64,000 bases of DNA, from NCBI GenBank assembly GCA_025963715.1, contig JAOQAG010000026.1, positions 80,327-144,326 on the forward strand. The letters run 5' to 3'. The notes under the pieces are model-generated. The model saw nothing but the letters and a program-made list of their open reading frames with translations. It had not been told where the DNA came from and did not search any database. Both the position numbers and the translations under genes were made by a program. Each line of letters opens with the position of its first letter. Position 1 is the stretch's first letter. This DNA is from Bacteroidota bacterium. Lineage in GTDB: Bacteria > Bacteroidota > Bacteroidia > 2-12-FULL-35-15. Shown here piece after piece: positions 41,292 to 51,218 of the stretch.

Positions 41292-42563
41292 ATGGATACA
41301 TTGTTCAACAAGCCGCAAAAACAAATTTTCGCGATTTTTTCCTTCCTTTTTTTATCAATTGTTTTTAGTAGTAACCACGCTTTCGCTCAAGGGGGCGACA
41401 AAATATTCAAGCAAAATTGTGCTGTTTGCCACAGTTTAGGTTCGAATACGGTTACCGGTCCGGGTCTGAAAGATGTGTTCACACGCGTCCCAAGCGAAGA
41501 GTGGATGCACAAATGGATCAAGAACAACAACGCGCTGATCGCTGCAGGAGAACCTTATGCAGTAAAAATATTTAACGATAACAAAAAAACAGCAATGACC
41601 GTTTTTGCTTCCAGCTTAAGCGATGACGATATCACTGCCGTGATGAAATACATCAAAGATTACAAAGAACCTGCTCCTCAAAACCCAACATCAGTAGCCG
41701 GTGGAGCTGCTGCTCCTGCAGAAGAAGGCCTTAATCCACTAGCGATCTTAATCGGTGTTATTGCATTTTTAATCATAATCGTAGCGGTGTTACGCGGTGT
41801 ACGCCACTCTCTTAAAAATTTACAAAACGAAAAACAAGGATTACCGGAAGAAGAATCGGTTAGTGCATGGACAGAATTAAAACAATGGATCTACGGGCAC
41901 AAACGCACAACTGTTGTGATCATCCTGATCATTCTTGGCGGATTGCTTACATCCGGCTGGTATGCATTAAAAGATATCGGTGTGTATGAAGGTTACCATC
42001 CGGAACAACCAATCGCATTCTCACATAAGATCCACGCTGGCGACAATGCCATCAATTGCCAGTATTGCCACTCCGGTGTTGAAAGAAGTAAAGTTGCCGG
42101 AATCCCAACAGTGAACGTTTGTATGAACTGTCACAAAGGAATTACAAAAGGTCCAACTACCGGAACAACCGAAATTGCCAAGATCTACGAAGCGGCAGGT
42201 TGGGATCCTGAAAAAGGCGAATACAACAAACCACAAAAACCTATCAAATGGATCAAAGTTCACAACTTACAGGACTTTGTATTTTTCTCCCACCAGCAAC
42301 ACGTAAAAGTAGGTAAACAAGAGTGTGCTACCTGCCACGGTGAAGTAAAAGAAATGACTACCGTTCACCAGGATAAACAATTAACAATGGCCTGGTGTAT
42401 CGATTGCCACAGAAAGACAGAAGTACCGGGCATGAAAAACAATCCTTACTACGAAAGCATGCACAAAAAATTAGCTGAACAATACAAAAATTTACCTAAA
42501 GAAGAGCAAGTGATCACCGTTGCTAAAATGGGTGGAATTGAGTGTGGAAAATGTCACTACTAA
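41292..42563 (+). CDS. actA: Alternative complex III subunit A (N-terminal monohaem plus pentahaem cytochrome c)
   Basis: Six CxxCH motifs (CAVCH, CQYCH, CMNCH, CATCH, CIDCH, CGKCH) and QPIAFSHKIHAG. Confidence 0.93.
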   Translation: MDTLFNKPQKQIFAIFSFLFLSIVFSSNHAFAQGGDKIFKQNCAVCHSLGSNTVTGPGLKDVFTRVPSEEWMHKWIKNNNALIAAGEPYAVKIFNDNKKTAMTVFASSLSDDDITAVMKYIKDYKEPAPQNPTSVAGGAAAPAEEGLNPLAILIGVIAFLIIIVAVLRGVRHSLKNLQNEKQGLPEEESVSAWTELKQWIYGHKRTTVVIILIILGGLLTSGWYALKDIGVYEGYHPEQPIAFSHKIHAGDNAINCQYCHSGVERSKVAGIPTVNVCMNCHKGITKGPTTGTTEIAKIYEAAGWDPEKGEYNKPQKPIKWIKVHNLQDFVFFSHQQHVKVGKQECATCHGEVKEMTTVHQDKQLTMAWCIDCHRKTEVPGMKNNPYYESMHKKLAEQYKNLPKEEQVITVAKMGGIECGKCHY

Positions 42564-42681
42564 AAAGGAATTACAAATAATAAATTAAGAATTATAAAAT
42601 TTTTAATTAACCGAACAAAGAGTATAACGCTGGATAAAATTCATAATTTATAATTCAGCATTTATAATACAAATTAAAGAT

Positions 42682-45600
42682 ATGGCAACAAAAAAATACT
42701 GGAAAGGGCTTGATGAATTAAGTAACAGTCCTGAGTTTGTTCAAAACGCGAATAATGAATTTGCAGAACAACCACCTGTAGAAAAATTCCTGGAAAGCAA
42801 AAACCTCGGAAATGAAGGAACTAACCGCAGAGATTTTCTTAAGTTCTTAGGATTCAGCGTAACCGCTGCATCATTAGCTGCATGCGAAACTCCTGTAAAT
42901 AAAGCGATCCCTTACGTTATGAAACCCGAAGAAATTACTCCGGGTGTTGCAAACTGGTACGCTTCTACTTATTTTGACGGAAGAGATTACGCAGCTGTTT
43001 TGGTAAAAACACGTGAAGGCCGCCCTATCAAATTGATGGGAAACAACCTTTCTAAAGTAAGTTCCGCTACCAATGCACGGATCCAGGCTTCTGTACTTTC
43101 ATTATATGATTCTTCCCGCTTAAGCGGACCAATTGCAAACGGCAGCGCTTCTTCATGGAGCACTGTTGATAAAGAGATTGGACAAAAATTAAGCGCAATT
43201 GCTGCAAAAGGCGGTGCTATCCGTATCCTATCCTCTACCATTATCAGCCCTTCTACAAAAGCGGCGATCGCAGATTTTTCTGCTAAATATCCTACTACCA
43301 AGCTTGTAACATACGATGCGGTTTCTTATTCAGGGATCACAAAAGCAAACGAACAAACATTCGGACAAGCAGTAATTCCTACTTATTATTTTGATAAAGC
43401 ACAGATAGTAGTCAGCATCGGTGCGGATTTCCTTGCTAACTGGATCGAAGATTACTCTGTTGGATTTGCCAAAAACAGAAGAGTAAGCAAAGAGAATGCA
43501 ACAATGTCCAAACATTACCAGTTCGAATCCAACTTATCATTGACTGGTGCTAATGCAGATGAACGCACACCGGTTAAAGTTTCCGAACAAGGTAAAGTAG
43601 TTGTGAACTTATACAATGCAGTTGCTAAGATCGTTGGTGGTTCTTCCATCCCTTCTTCAGCATTGCCTTACGATGAAGAGATCGCAAAAGCAGCAAAAGA
43701 CTTAGCTGCTAACAAAGGAAAATCACTGGTTGTTGCGGGTTCAAACGATGTGAACGTTCAATTGGTAGTAAACGCCATCAATAAAATGCTGGACAACTAC
43801 GGAAAAACAATTGACCTGGAAAATCCAAGCTTCTTAAATCAAAGTGATGATAAAGCTTTTGCTGATTTGGTTACCGATATGGCTTCCGGAAAAGTAGATG
43901 CACTGATCACATACAATACAAACCCTGTATACACAGCACCCGCTTCTTTAAAATTTGCGGATGCATATAATAAAGTAGGTTTGCGGATCTCATTTGCCGA
44001 TAAAGCAGATGAAACGGCATCCATGGCAAATTATATCTGTCCTGATCACCATTACCTGGAATCATGGAACGATTTTAACCCACGCATAGCGCACTACAGT
44101 TTATCACAGCCAACTATTTCTCCTTTATATTCTACACGCCAGGCACAGGAAACATTGTTGAAATGGAGCGGTAACACTACCGATTTCCATTCTTACATGC
44201 AAAAAGTATGGCAGGAGCGCGTATTCCCGATGCAGGGAAAATACATGGCATTCCCTGAATTCTGGAACCACTCCTTACAGGATGGCGCTATTGAAGTTGG
44301 TAAAGGCGAAGAAATAACAATGGCTTCGGGAGCCGACAGCTTAAAAGCTGCACCGGTAGCTGTGAAAGGTGCTAAAAAAGAAGAAAAACCAAAAGAAGAG
44401 CCTAAAGCTCCGGTTGCTGCAGTTGACCTGAATAGTGCGGCACAAAAAATAAACGCTGCAAAAAGCGCTGGAAACGGCAACTTTGAGTTAGCGATCTACG
44501 AAAAAGTAGGGATTGGTAACGGTAACCAGGCAAACAACCCCTGGCTGCAGGAATTACCGGATCCTATCACTAAAATTACCTGGGACAATTACGTAACGAT
44601 GTCGCCTGCCGACATGGTAGATGAAAAAGGAGAGCCGATCTATGACCTGATGAAACGCCAGGACAGAACAGCAAGTCTTGTGAACGTTACTGTAAACGGA
44701 CAAACTATTAAATTACCTGTAGTTCCTCAACCGGGACAAGCACGCGGTACCATCGGTATTGCATTGGGTTACGGAAGAGATAAAGCAGGTTCATTAAGCG
44801 AGCGCGTTGGAACCGTGATCGGTAAAAACGTATATCCGTTCACACAAATGGCGGATGGTACTATTATTTACGCAGCACTGGATGCAAAAGTAGAGAGCGC
44901 TAACGAAACCACTCAAATTGCAGGAACGCAGGTTCACCATACATTAATGGGCCGCGAGATCGTGAAAGAAACTGTTCTTTCTGAATATCAGAAAAATCAA
45001 AAAGCAGGTAATGCGGATGATATGCTGACCACCAATTCCGGCAAAATAAAAGCTGCCGATGTTGATTTGTGGGATGCATTTCCGCGTCCGGGCCATGTAT
45101 GGGGAATGACCATCGACTTGAACTCTTGTTTTGGTTGTGGTGCCTGTGTTGTGAGCTGTACTGCTGAAAACAACGTTGCTGTTGTAGGTAAAGAACAAGT
45201 AATGAAAACACGCGAAATGCACTGGTTGCGGATCGATCGTTATTATACTACCAACTGGCCGAACGAAGGAAAAGAAGCGAAAGACCTGGCAAAAGAAAAA
45301 CACGAAGGTGCAATTGCCATGTACCTGGATATGGAAAATCCGGAAGCAATCAATCCGAAAGTAGTTTTCCAGCCAATGATGTGTCAGCACTGTAACCACG
45401 CACCCTGCGAAAACGTTTGCCCTGTATTGGCTACCAACCACAGCTCCGACGGATTAAATACAATGGCTTACAACCGCTGCGTTGGTACCCGTTACTGCGC
45501 AAATAACTGTCCTTTTAAAGTAAGACGTTTCAACTGGTTCAACTACAACGGAAACGCTGATTTCACATTCAACCCTTCACAGGACGATTTAGGACGTATG

Positions 45601-45960
45601 GTTTTAAACCCGGACGTAGTAGTTCGTTCCCGTGGTGTAATGGAAAAATGCTCTATGTGCGTTCAACGCATCCAGGCTGGTAAATTAGAAGCGAAAAAAG
45701 CAGAACGCGTATTGGTGGATGCTGATGTAAATACTGCTTGTGCTGATGCTTGTCCTACCAACGCAATTGTGTTTGGTGACTTAAGTAATCCGGATAGCGC
45801 AATCAGCAAATTGAGAGCTCAGGAAAAAGACGGACGTAATTACTTTGTATTGGAAGAACTCGGTATAAAACCAACAGTATCTTACTTAACAAAAGTGAGA
45901 AACTGCGAAGAAACCGTATACAAAGGAGCAGAAGAAAAATCGGAGAAAGCGGAAGCTTAA
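42682..45960 (+). CDS. actB: Alternative complex III subunit B (molybdopterin-fold plus Fe-S domain, Tat-exported)
   Basis: Motifs YWKGLDEL, NRRDFLK (Tat), CFGCGACVVSC, CQHCNHAPCENVC, CVGTRYCANNC and CSMC. Confidence 0.95.
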   Translation: MATKKYWKGLDELSNSPEFVQNANNEFAEQPPVEKFLESKNLGNEGTNRRDFLKFLGFSVTAASLAACETPVNKAIPYVMKPEEITPGVANWYASTYFDGRDYAAVLVKTREGRPIKLMGNNLSKVSSATNARIQASVLSLYDSSRLSGPIANGSASSWSTVDKEIGQKLSAIAAKGGAIRILSSTIISPSTKAAIADFSAKYPTTKLVTYDAVSYSGITKANEQTFGQAVIPTYYFDKAQIVVSIGADFLANWIEDYSVGFAKNRRVSKENATMSKHYQFESNLSLTGANADERTPVKVSEQGKVVVNLYNAVAKIVGGSSIPSSALPYDEEIAKAAKDLAANKGKSLVVAGSNDVNVQLVVNAINKMLDNYGKTIDLENPSFLNQSDDKAFADLVTDMASGKVDALITYNTNPVYTAPASLKFADAYNKVGLRISFADKADETASMANYICPDHHYLESWNDFNPRIAHYSLSQPTISPLYSTRQAQETLLKWSGNTTDFHSYMQKVWQERVFPMQGKYMAFPEFWNHSLQDGAIEVGKGEEITMASGADSLKAAPVAVKGAKKEEKPKEEPKAPVAAVDLNSAAQKINAAKSAGNGNFELAIYEKVGIGNGNQANNPWLQELPDPITKITWDNYVTMSPADMVDEKGEPIYDLMKRQDRTASLVNVTVNGQTIKLPVVPQPGQARGTIGIALGYGRDKAGSLSERVGTVIGKNVYPFTQMADGTIIYAALDAKVESANETTQIAGTQVHHTLMGREIVKETVLSEYQKNQKAGNADDMLTTNSGKIKAADVDLWDAFPRPGHVWGMTIDLNSCFGCGACVVSCTAENNVAVVGKEQVMKTREMHWLRIDRYYTTNWPNEGKEAKDLAKEKHEGAIAMYLDMENPEAINPKVVFQPMMCQHCNHAPCENVCPVLATNHSSDGLNTMAYNRCVGTRYCANNCPFKVRRFNWFNYNGNADFTFNPSQDDLGRMVLNPDVVVRSRGVMEKCSMCVQRIQAGKLEAKKAERVLVDADVNTACADACPTNAIVFGDLSNPDSAISKLRAQEKDGRNYFVLEELGIKPTVSYLTKVRNCEETVYKGAEEKSEKAEA

Positions 45961-46017
45961 CCAGGCAACGAATAAAAAAGAACGAATAACATAATTTTAT
46001 AATTTCAAAAGTATAAT

Positions 46018-47415
46018 ATGCAGCACGAATCGGAAATTAGAGAGCCGTTAATCCTTGGTAAAAAATCGTATCATCAAATTACTGAAGATATCGTAAGGCC
46101 AATTGAGGGCAAAGCTACAAAGTATTGGTACATGCTTCTTACTGTATCCATCATCTGCTTTTTATGGGGGATCATGTGTTTGTGCTACACCATCGGAACA
46201 GGTATTGGTGTTTGGGGATCCAATAACGGTGTTGACTGGGCCTGGGATATCACCAACTTTGTATGGTGGATCGGTATCGGTCACGCCGGAACATTGATCT
46301 CTGCGGTATTATTACTGTTCCGCCAGAAATGGAGAATGGCCATCAACCGCTCTGCGGAAGCGATGACGATTTTCGCCGTAATGTGTGCTGCCATTTTCGT
46401 ATTGTTACACACCGGCCGTCCATGGTTGGATTATTTCTTATTTCCATTGCCAAATCAATTCGGCTCACTATGGGTTAACTTTAACTCGCCGTTGATGTGG
46501 GACGTGTTTGCGGTATCTACTTATTTCTCTGTATCCTTAGTATTCTGGTATACTGGCTTGGTTCCTGATTTTGCGATGATCCGCGACAGGGCAGTGAAAC
46601 CAATGGCTAAAAAAATGTATGGCCTGTTAAGTATGGGTTGGGGCGGAAGTGCCCGTCACTGGAGCCGTTTTGAAGAAGTATCGCTGGTACTTGCAGGTTT
46701 ATCCACACCACTTGTATTTTCGGTTCACTCGATCGTATCCACCGACTTTGCTACATCCGTTGTACCGGGCTGGCACACCACAATCTTCCCTCCTTATTTC
46801 GTTGCCGGAGCGGTATTCTCAGGTTTTGCAATGGTATTAACACTGTTGCTCATCATGCGTAAGATCTACCGTTTGGAAAACTACATTACTATCAAACACA
46901 TCGAGTACATGAACATTGTAATCATTGTTACAGGTTCTATCGTAGGTGTGGCTTACTTAACTGAGTTATTTATTTCCTGGTATTCAGGAGTGGAATACGA
47001 ACAATATGCATTCCTTAACCGTGCAACCGGTCCATACTGGTGGGCATACGCAATGATGATGACCTGTAACGTGGTTTCACCTCAGCTGTTCTGGTCTAAA
47101 AAGTTACGTACAAACTTAATGTTCACCTTCGTGATGTCCATCATCGTGAACATCGGTATGTGGTTCGAGCGTTTTGTAATCATCGTGCCTACATTATGCC
47201 GTACATTCCTTCCATCTACCTGGAACATGTATCATCCAACGTTTGTGGACATCGGGATCTATACCGGAACAATCGGAATGTTCTTTACATTCTTCCTGTT
47301 GTTTACCCGTTATTTCCCTGTGATCGCGCAAGCGGAGTTGAAATCAATTATGAAATCATCCGGACAGGAATACAAAGAAAAAGCGGCTCATTCACATGAT
47401 GAGGCACAGCACTAA
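46018..47415 (+). CDS. actC: Alternative complex III subunit C (NrfD/PsrC family)
   Basis: Motifs WDITNFVWWIGIGHAGTLISA, HTGRPW, SPLMWD and GMWFERF. Confidence 0.95.
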   Translation: MQHESEIREPLILGKKSYHQITEDIVRPIEGKATKYWYMLLTVSIICFLWGIMCLCYTIGTGIGVWGSNNGVDWAWDITNFVWWIGIGHAGTLISAVLLLFRQKWRMAINRSAEAMTIFAVMCAAIFVLLHTGRPWLDYFLFPLPNQFGSLWVNFNSPLMWDVFAVSTYFSVSLVFWYTGLVPDFAMIRDRAVKPMAKKMYGLLSMGWGGSARHWSRFEEVSLVLAGLSTPLVFSVHSIVSTDFATSVVPGWHTTIFPPYFVAGAVFSGFAMVLTLLLIMRKIYRLENYITIKHIEYMNIVIIVTGSIVGVAYLTELFISWYSGVEYEQYAFLNRATGPYWWAYAMMMTCNVVSPQLFWSKKLRTNLMFTFVMSIIVNIGMWFERFVIIVPTLCRTFLPSTWNMYHPTFVDIGIYTGTIGMFFTFFLLFTRYFPVIAQAELKSIMKSSGQEYKEKAAHSHDEAQH

Positions 47416-47444
47416 TTAGAATTATTTTATAGAAAAATACAGAT

Positions 47445-47963
47445 ATGAGCAAAGTAGTAATACATGCAATTTATGACGATGAAGAGCCTTTAATGGCGAG
47501 CGTAAAAAGCCTTCGTTCAAATGGTTTTCAAATCAAGGATGCATTTACTCCATTCCCTGTGCATGGTTTAGATGTGGCAATGGGTGTTCCAAGAACACGT
47601 ATTGCAATCTGTGCCTTTATTTATGGGATCACCGGAACCTGTTTAGCTACATTAATGATGTGGTACATGATGGTTCACGACTGGCCGACAGATGTGGGTG
47701 GTAAACCAAGCTTTGCGTATTACATGAACGTACCGGCATTTATTCCTATTACATTCGAATCAACAGTACTTTGCGCTGCACATGGTATGGCCATCACTTT
47801 TTATTTAAGAAGCTGGCTGGTACCGGGAGCAAAAGCAAAAAACCCGGATCCACGCACGACTGACGATAAATTTATGATGGTTGTGGAAACAAAAGAAGAA
47901 AACAAAGCGAACCTGGAATCTTTATTAAGAACTGGCGGAGCTTCTGAAATTCACTACAAATAG
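47445..47963 (+). CDS. actD: Alternative complex III subunit D (DUF3341)
   Basis: Motifs TPFPVHGLD, DVGGKP, PITFE and DPRTTDDKF. Confidence 0.92.
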   Translation: MSKVVIHAIYDDEEPLMASVKSLRSNGFQIKDAFTPFPVHGLDVAMGVPRTRIAICAFIYGITGTCLATLMMWYMMVHDWPTDVGGKPSFAYYMNVPAFIPITFESTVLCAAHGMAITFYLRSWLVPGAKAKNPDPRTTDDKFMMVVETKEENKANLESLLRTGGASEIHYK

Positions 47964-48016
47964 TTAAAAGGTTTATCTGAAGATTATAAAAAATTGCTAA
48001 AGAATACGATATTAAG

Positions 48017-48679
48017 ATGAATAAAAAAGCAACAAAAATTATTACATTAATGGCAGTTTTCGGCTGTGTTGCCATAGCGTTTACGTCATGTGATAAAAAA
48101 GATGCAAACAGTCCGGGTGTAGAGTATATGCCAGATATGTACCGCTCTCCTTCCCTGGAAAGTAACATGGCTTATGTAACCATTAAAAACGGAAAAGAAA
48201 CCGGTGATACATTGCAGGTAAACAGAATGCCGGTTGCAGGAACAATTGCAAGAGGGTTTCTTCCCTACGCATTTGCAGACACTCCGGAAGGTTATGAAGC
48301 AGCAAAAGTTGGCGCTCACAATCCATTGGAAAGAAATGATAAAAATGTAGCGGAAGGAAAAGAATTATACGGTAAATTTTGTATTCACTGTCACGGGGAA
48401 TCCGGACAAGGCGATGGCCCTGTAGGTTTGAAATTACCGGGTGCTCCTCCTGCGTATACTGCAGCTGATAAGATCAATATGACCGAAGGCGAGCTTTTCC
48501 AGATCATCACTTACGGAAAAGGATTAATGGGACCACACAAACCATTGGTATCACAGGAAGAAAGATGGAAACTGGTATTGTATGTTCAGCATTTACAACA
48601 TCCGAACGGCGTAACTGCTCCGGCTGCTGATTCTGCTGCTGTTAAACCGGCTCCAAAAATGGAAGCAAAGAAAAAATAA
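48017..48679 (+). CDS. actE: Alternative complex III subunit E (lipoprotein monohaem cytochrome c)
   Basis: Lipobox FTSC. Motifs YMPDMY, CIHCH and EERWKLVLYV. Confidence 0.92.
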   Translation: MNKKATKIITLMAVFGCVAIAFTSCDKKDANSPGVEYMPDMYRSPSLESNMAYVTIKNGKETGDTLQVNRMPVAGTIARGFLPYAFADTPEGYEAAKVGAHNPLERNDKNVAEGKELYGKFCIHCHGESGQGDGPVGLKLPGAPPAYTAADKINMTEGELFQIITYGKGLMGPHKPLVSQEERWKLVLYVQHLQHPNGVTAPAADSAAVKPAPKMEAKKK

Positions 48680-48730
48680 TTGAAGAGTAGAAAAGTATAT
48701 CCGAGATAAAAAGAAAAACTTACAATTGAT

Positions 48731-49972
48731 ATGACTAATTTAAACTATACGTTTACAAGCAGAACCAGGAACATTACTTTTGGTTTAATGGCTATAGGCT
48801 TAATTACTATAATTGCAGCATTCGCTACGGATACTGTTGCACCGGATGGTTTTACTGCCGACACATACCATCATACCCGCACATGGGCAAACTTGCTTGT
48901 AAATAGTTATTTCTTCATGGGCATCGCCTTATTGTCAACCTTCTTTATGGCTTTGCAATATGTAGCGGAAGTTGCCTGGTCGGTTGCTGTAAAACGTGTA
49001 TACGAAGCCATCTCCAGTTTTTTACCTATCGGTGCTACCATAATGTTCCTGATCCTTTTAGCCGGGCAGGTTCATTTGCACGATATGTATAAATTCATGG
49101 ATAATGATATTATTACACCGGGAAATCCTAAATACGATGAAGTAATTGCAAACAAACATGGTTATTTTGGCGCGGGCGACTGGTTTTTCTGGTTGAGAAC
49201 TGTTGGTTATTTAGTGGTTTGGTGCCTGTTTCAGCGCGGTTTTATTAAACGCTCATTACAACAGGATATTGAAGGTGGAACAACGCTCCACTTCAAACAA
49301 ATGGGAAAAGCAGCTGCATTCCTTGTATTTTTTGCAGTAACTTCTTCCACTTCTGCATGGGACTGGATGATGTCACTGGATATTCACTGGTTTAGCACGA
49401 TGTACGGCTGGTATTCATTTGCCGGACTGTGGATCTCTGCAATGATCACTATCATTTTATTCGTACTTTATTTAAAACGCAGAGGTTACCTGGAGCAGGT
49501 AAACGACAGCCATATTCACGATTTGGGTAAATGGGTGTTCGCGATCAGCTTCCTGTGGAGTTACTTATGGTTCATGCAGTATATGCTGATCTGGTACACA
49601 AATATTCCGGAAGAGATCATTTATTTCCAGGAACGTTTACATGATTTCCATTACATGGGATTAATGTGGACCGTATTTGCCTTAAACTTTGTATTCCCAA
49701 TGATCTTGCTGATGAGCCGTGATGCTAAACGTAATTATTTTTTCCTGACGTTTGTAGGTTGTATCATCTTCATCGGCCACTGGCTGGATGTATTTATGAT
49801 GGTAATGCCTTCTACTGTTCACGGACAATGGCACCTTACTTGGGTAGAGATCGGAACGGCACTGGGATTCCTTGGATTATTCCTGTTCATCGTTCACAAA
49901 GCATTAACAAAAGCACCGTTGATGATCCAGAAACACCCTTATCTCGACGAAACATTACATCATCACTATTAA
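48731..49972 (+). CDS. actF: Alternative complex III subunit F
   Basis: Multi-TM. Motifs DWMMSLDIHWFSTMYG, HDLGK and QYMLIWYTNIPEE. Confidence 0.92.
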   Translation: MTNLNYTFTSRTRNITFGLMAIGLITIIAAFATDTVAPDGFTADTYHHTRTWANLLVNSYFFMGIALLSTFFMALQYVAEVAWSVAVKRVYEAISSFLPIGATIMFLILLAGQVHLHDMYKFMDNDIITPGNPKYDEVIANKHGYFGAGDWFFWLRTVGYLVVWCLFQRGFIKRSLQQDIEGGTTLHFKQMGKAAAFLVFFAVTSSTSAWDWMMSLDIHWFSTMYGWYSFAGLWISAMITIILFVLYLKRRGYLEQVNDSHIHDLGKWVFAISFLWSYLWFMQYMLIWYTNIPEEIIYFQERLHDFHYMGLMWTVFALNFVFPMILLMSRDAKRNYFFLTFVGCIIFIGHWLDVFMMVMPSTVHGQWHLTWVEIGTALGFLGLFLFIVHKALTKAPLMIQKHPYLDETLHHHY

Positions 49973-50028
49973 TAGTTCCTTTTTTAGAGAAGAAAGAAAA
50001 ACAATAACGAATAACAATTCAATATACT

Positions 50029-51165
50029 ATGATAAAGTTTTTAGTTTACATTGCCATTATTCTGACAGTTCTTGCAGTTGGCTATTTAGTTCGTGTGTTT
50101 GAACTTGCATCCAGTTTAAAAGGCAAAAAACCGGAAGAGGTAACAGAAAAAGACAATCGTTTGATGGGCCGGATCATGCTTGCATTCGTGATTGCTTTGT
50201 TCTGTTTTGTAGGATGGCAATTAAAAAGCTACGGCTGGAGAACACTTCCTGAAGCGGCTTCTGCTCATGGTAAAGATCTTGACTGGCTGTTTAATTTCAA
50301 CATGGCCATCCTGTGGTTTGTATTTGTTGTTACTCACATCTTATTGTTCTATTTCGCTTACAAATATTACGGTAAAAAAGATAACCGCGCTACTTATTTC
50401 CCGCATGATAACCGTTTAGAGATGATCTGGACTGTGATCCCTGCAATTGTATTAGCGGTGATCGTGATCTACGGTATTAAAACATGGAACACCATTACAG
50501 CTGTTGCTGATCCTAACTCACAGGTGATCGAGCTGTATGCAAAACAATTTGACTGGACAGCCCGTTACTCCGGAACAGACAATACACTGGGTGATGCTAA
50601 TTACAAACTGATCACTTCTACTAATGACCTTGGTATGGATTCTACCAGCAAAGCTGGTCAGGATGATTTTATTGTGAAAAACGAATTGCATCTTGTTGTA
50701 AACAAAGAAGTGGAATTTAAATTCAGATCACGCGATGTTATTCACAGCGCTTATTTCCCTCACTTCCGTGCACAAATGAACTGTGTACCGGGTATGACCA
50801 CCATGTTGCACTTCACTCCTACGATTACTACTGCGGACATGCGTAAAAATCCGGAAGTGATGAAACAAATGGCGGCAATCAATGCTATAAGAAAACAACG
50901 CGTAATCGGAGATGCTGATTACAAACCGGGAGACGATAAACCTGTAGAATTTGATTACATCTTATTGTGTAACAAAATCTGTGGAAACAGTCACTATAAC
51001 ATGCAAATGACTGTTATTGTAGAGACTCAGGCTGAATACGATGCATGGGTAAAAAAACATCCACCGTTCTATGCAAAAGAAGCAGCTCCTGCTCCGGCAA
51101 CACCTGCAGCTCCGGCAGCAGCATCGGCTGATCAGAAAGCAGAAAAAGCAGTTGCAAGCAAATAA
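50029..51165 (+). CDS. coxB: Cytochrome c oxidase subunit II
   Basis: Motifs LEMIWTVIP, DVIHS and the CuA segment CNKICGNSHYNM. Confidence 0.93.
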   Translation: MIKFLVYIAIILTVLAVGYLVRVFELASSLKGKKPEEVTEKDNRLMGRIMLAFVIALFCFVGWQLKSYGWRTLPEAASAHGKDLDWLFNFNMAILWFVFVVTHILLFYFAYKYYGKKDNRATYFPHDNRLEMIWTVIPAIVLAVIVIYGIKTWNTITAVADPNSQVIELYAKQFDWTARYSGTDNTLGDANYKLITSTNDLGMDSTSKAGQDDFIVKNELHLVVNKEVEFKFRSRDVIHSAYFPHFRAQMNCVPGMTTMLHFTPTITTADMRKNPEVMKQMAAINAIRKQRVIGDADYKPGDDKPVEFDYILLCNKICGNSHYNMQMTVIVETQAEYDAWVKKHPPFYAKEAAPAPATPAAPAAASADQKAEKAVASK

Positions 51166-51218
51166 TTGAGATTGAGAATAAAACGTAAAAATTAACAAAC
51201 AACAATAAAGTATAAAAT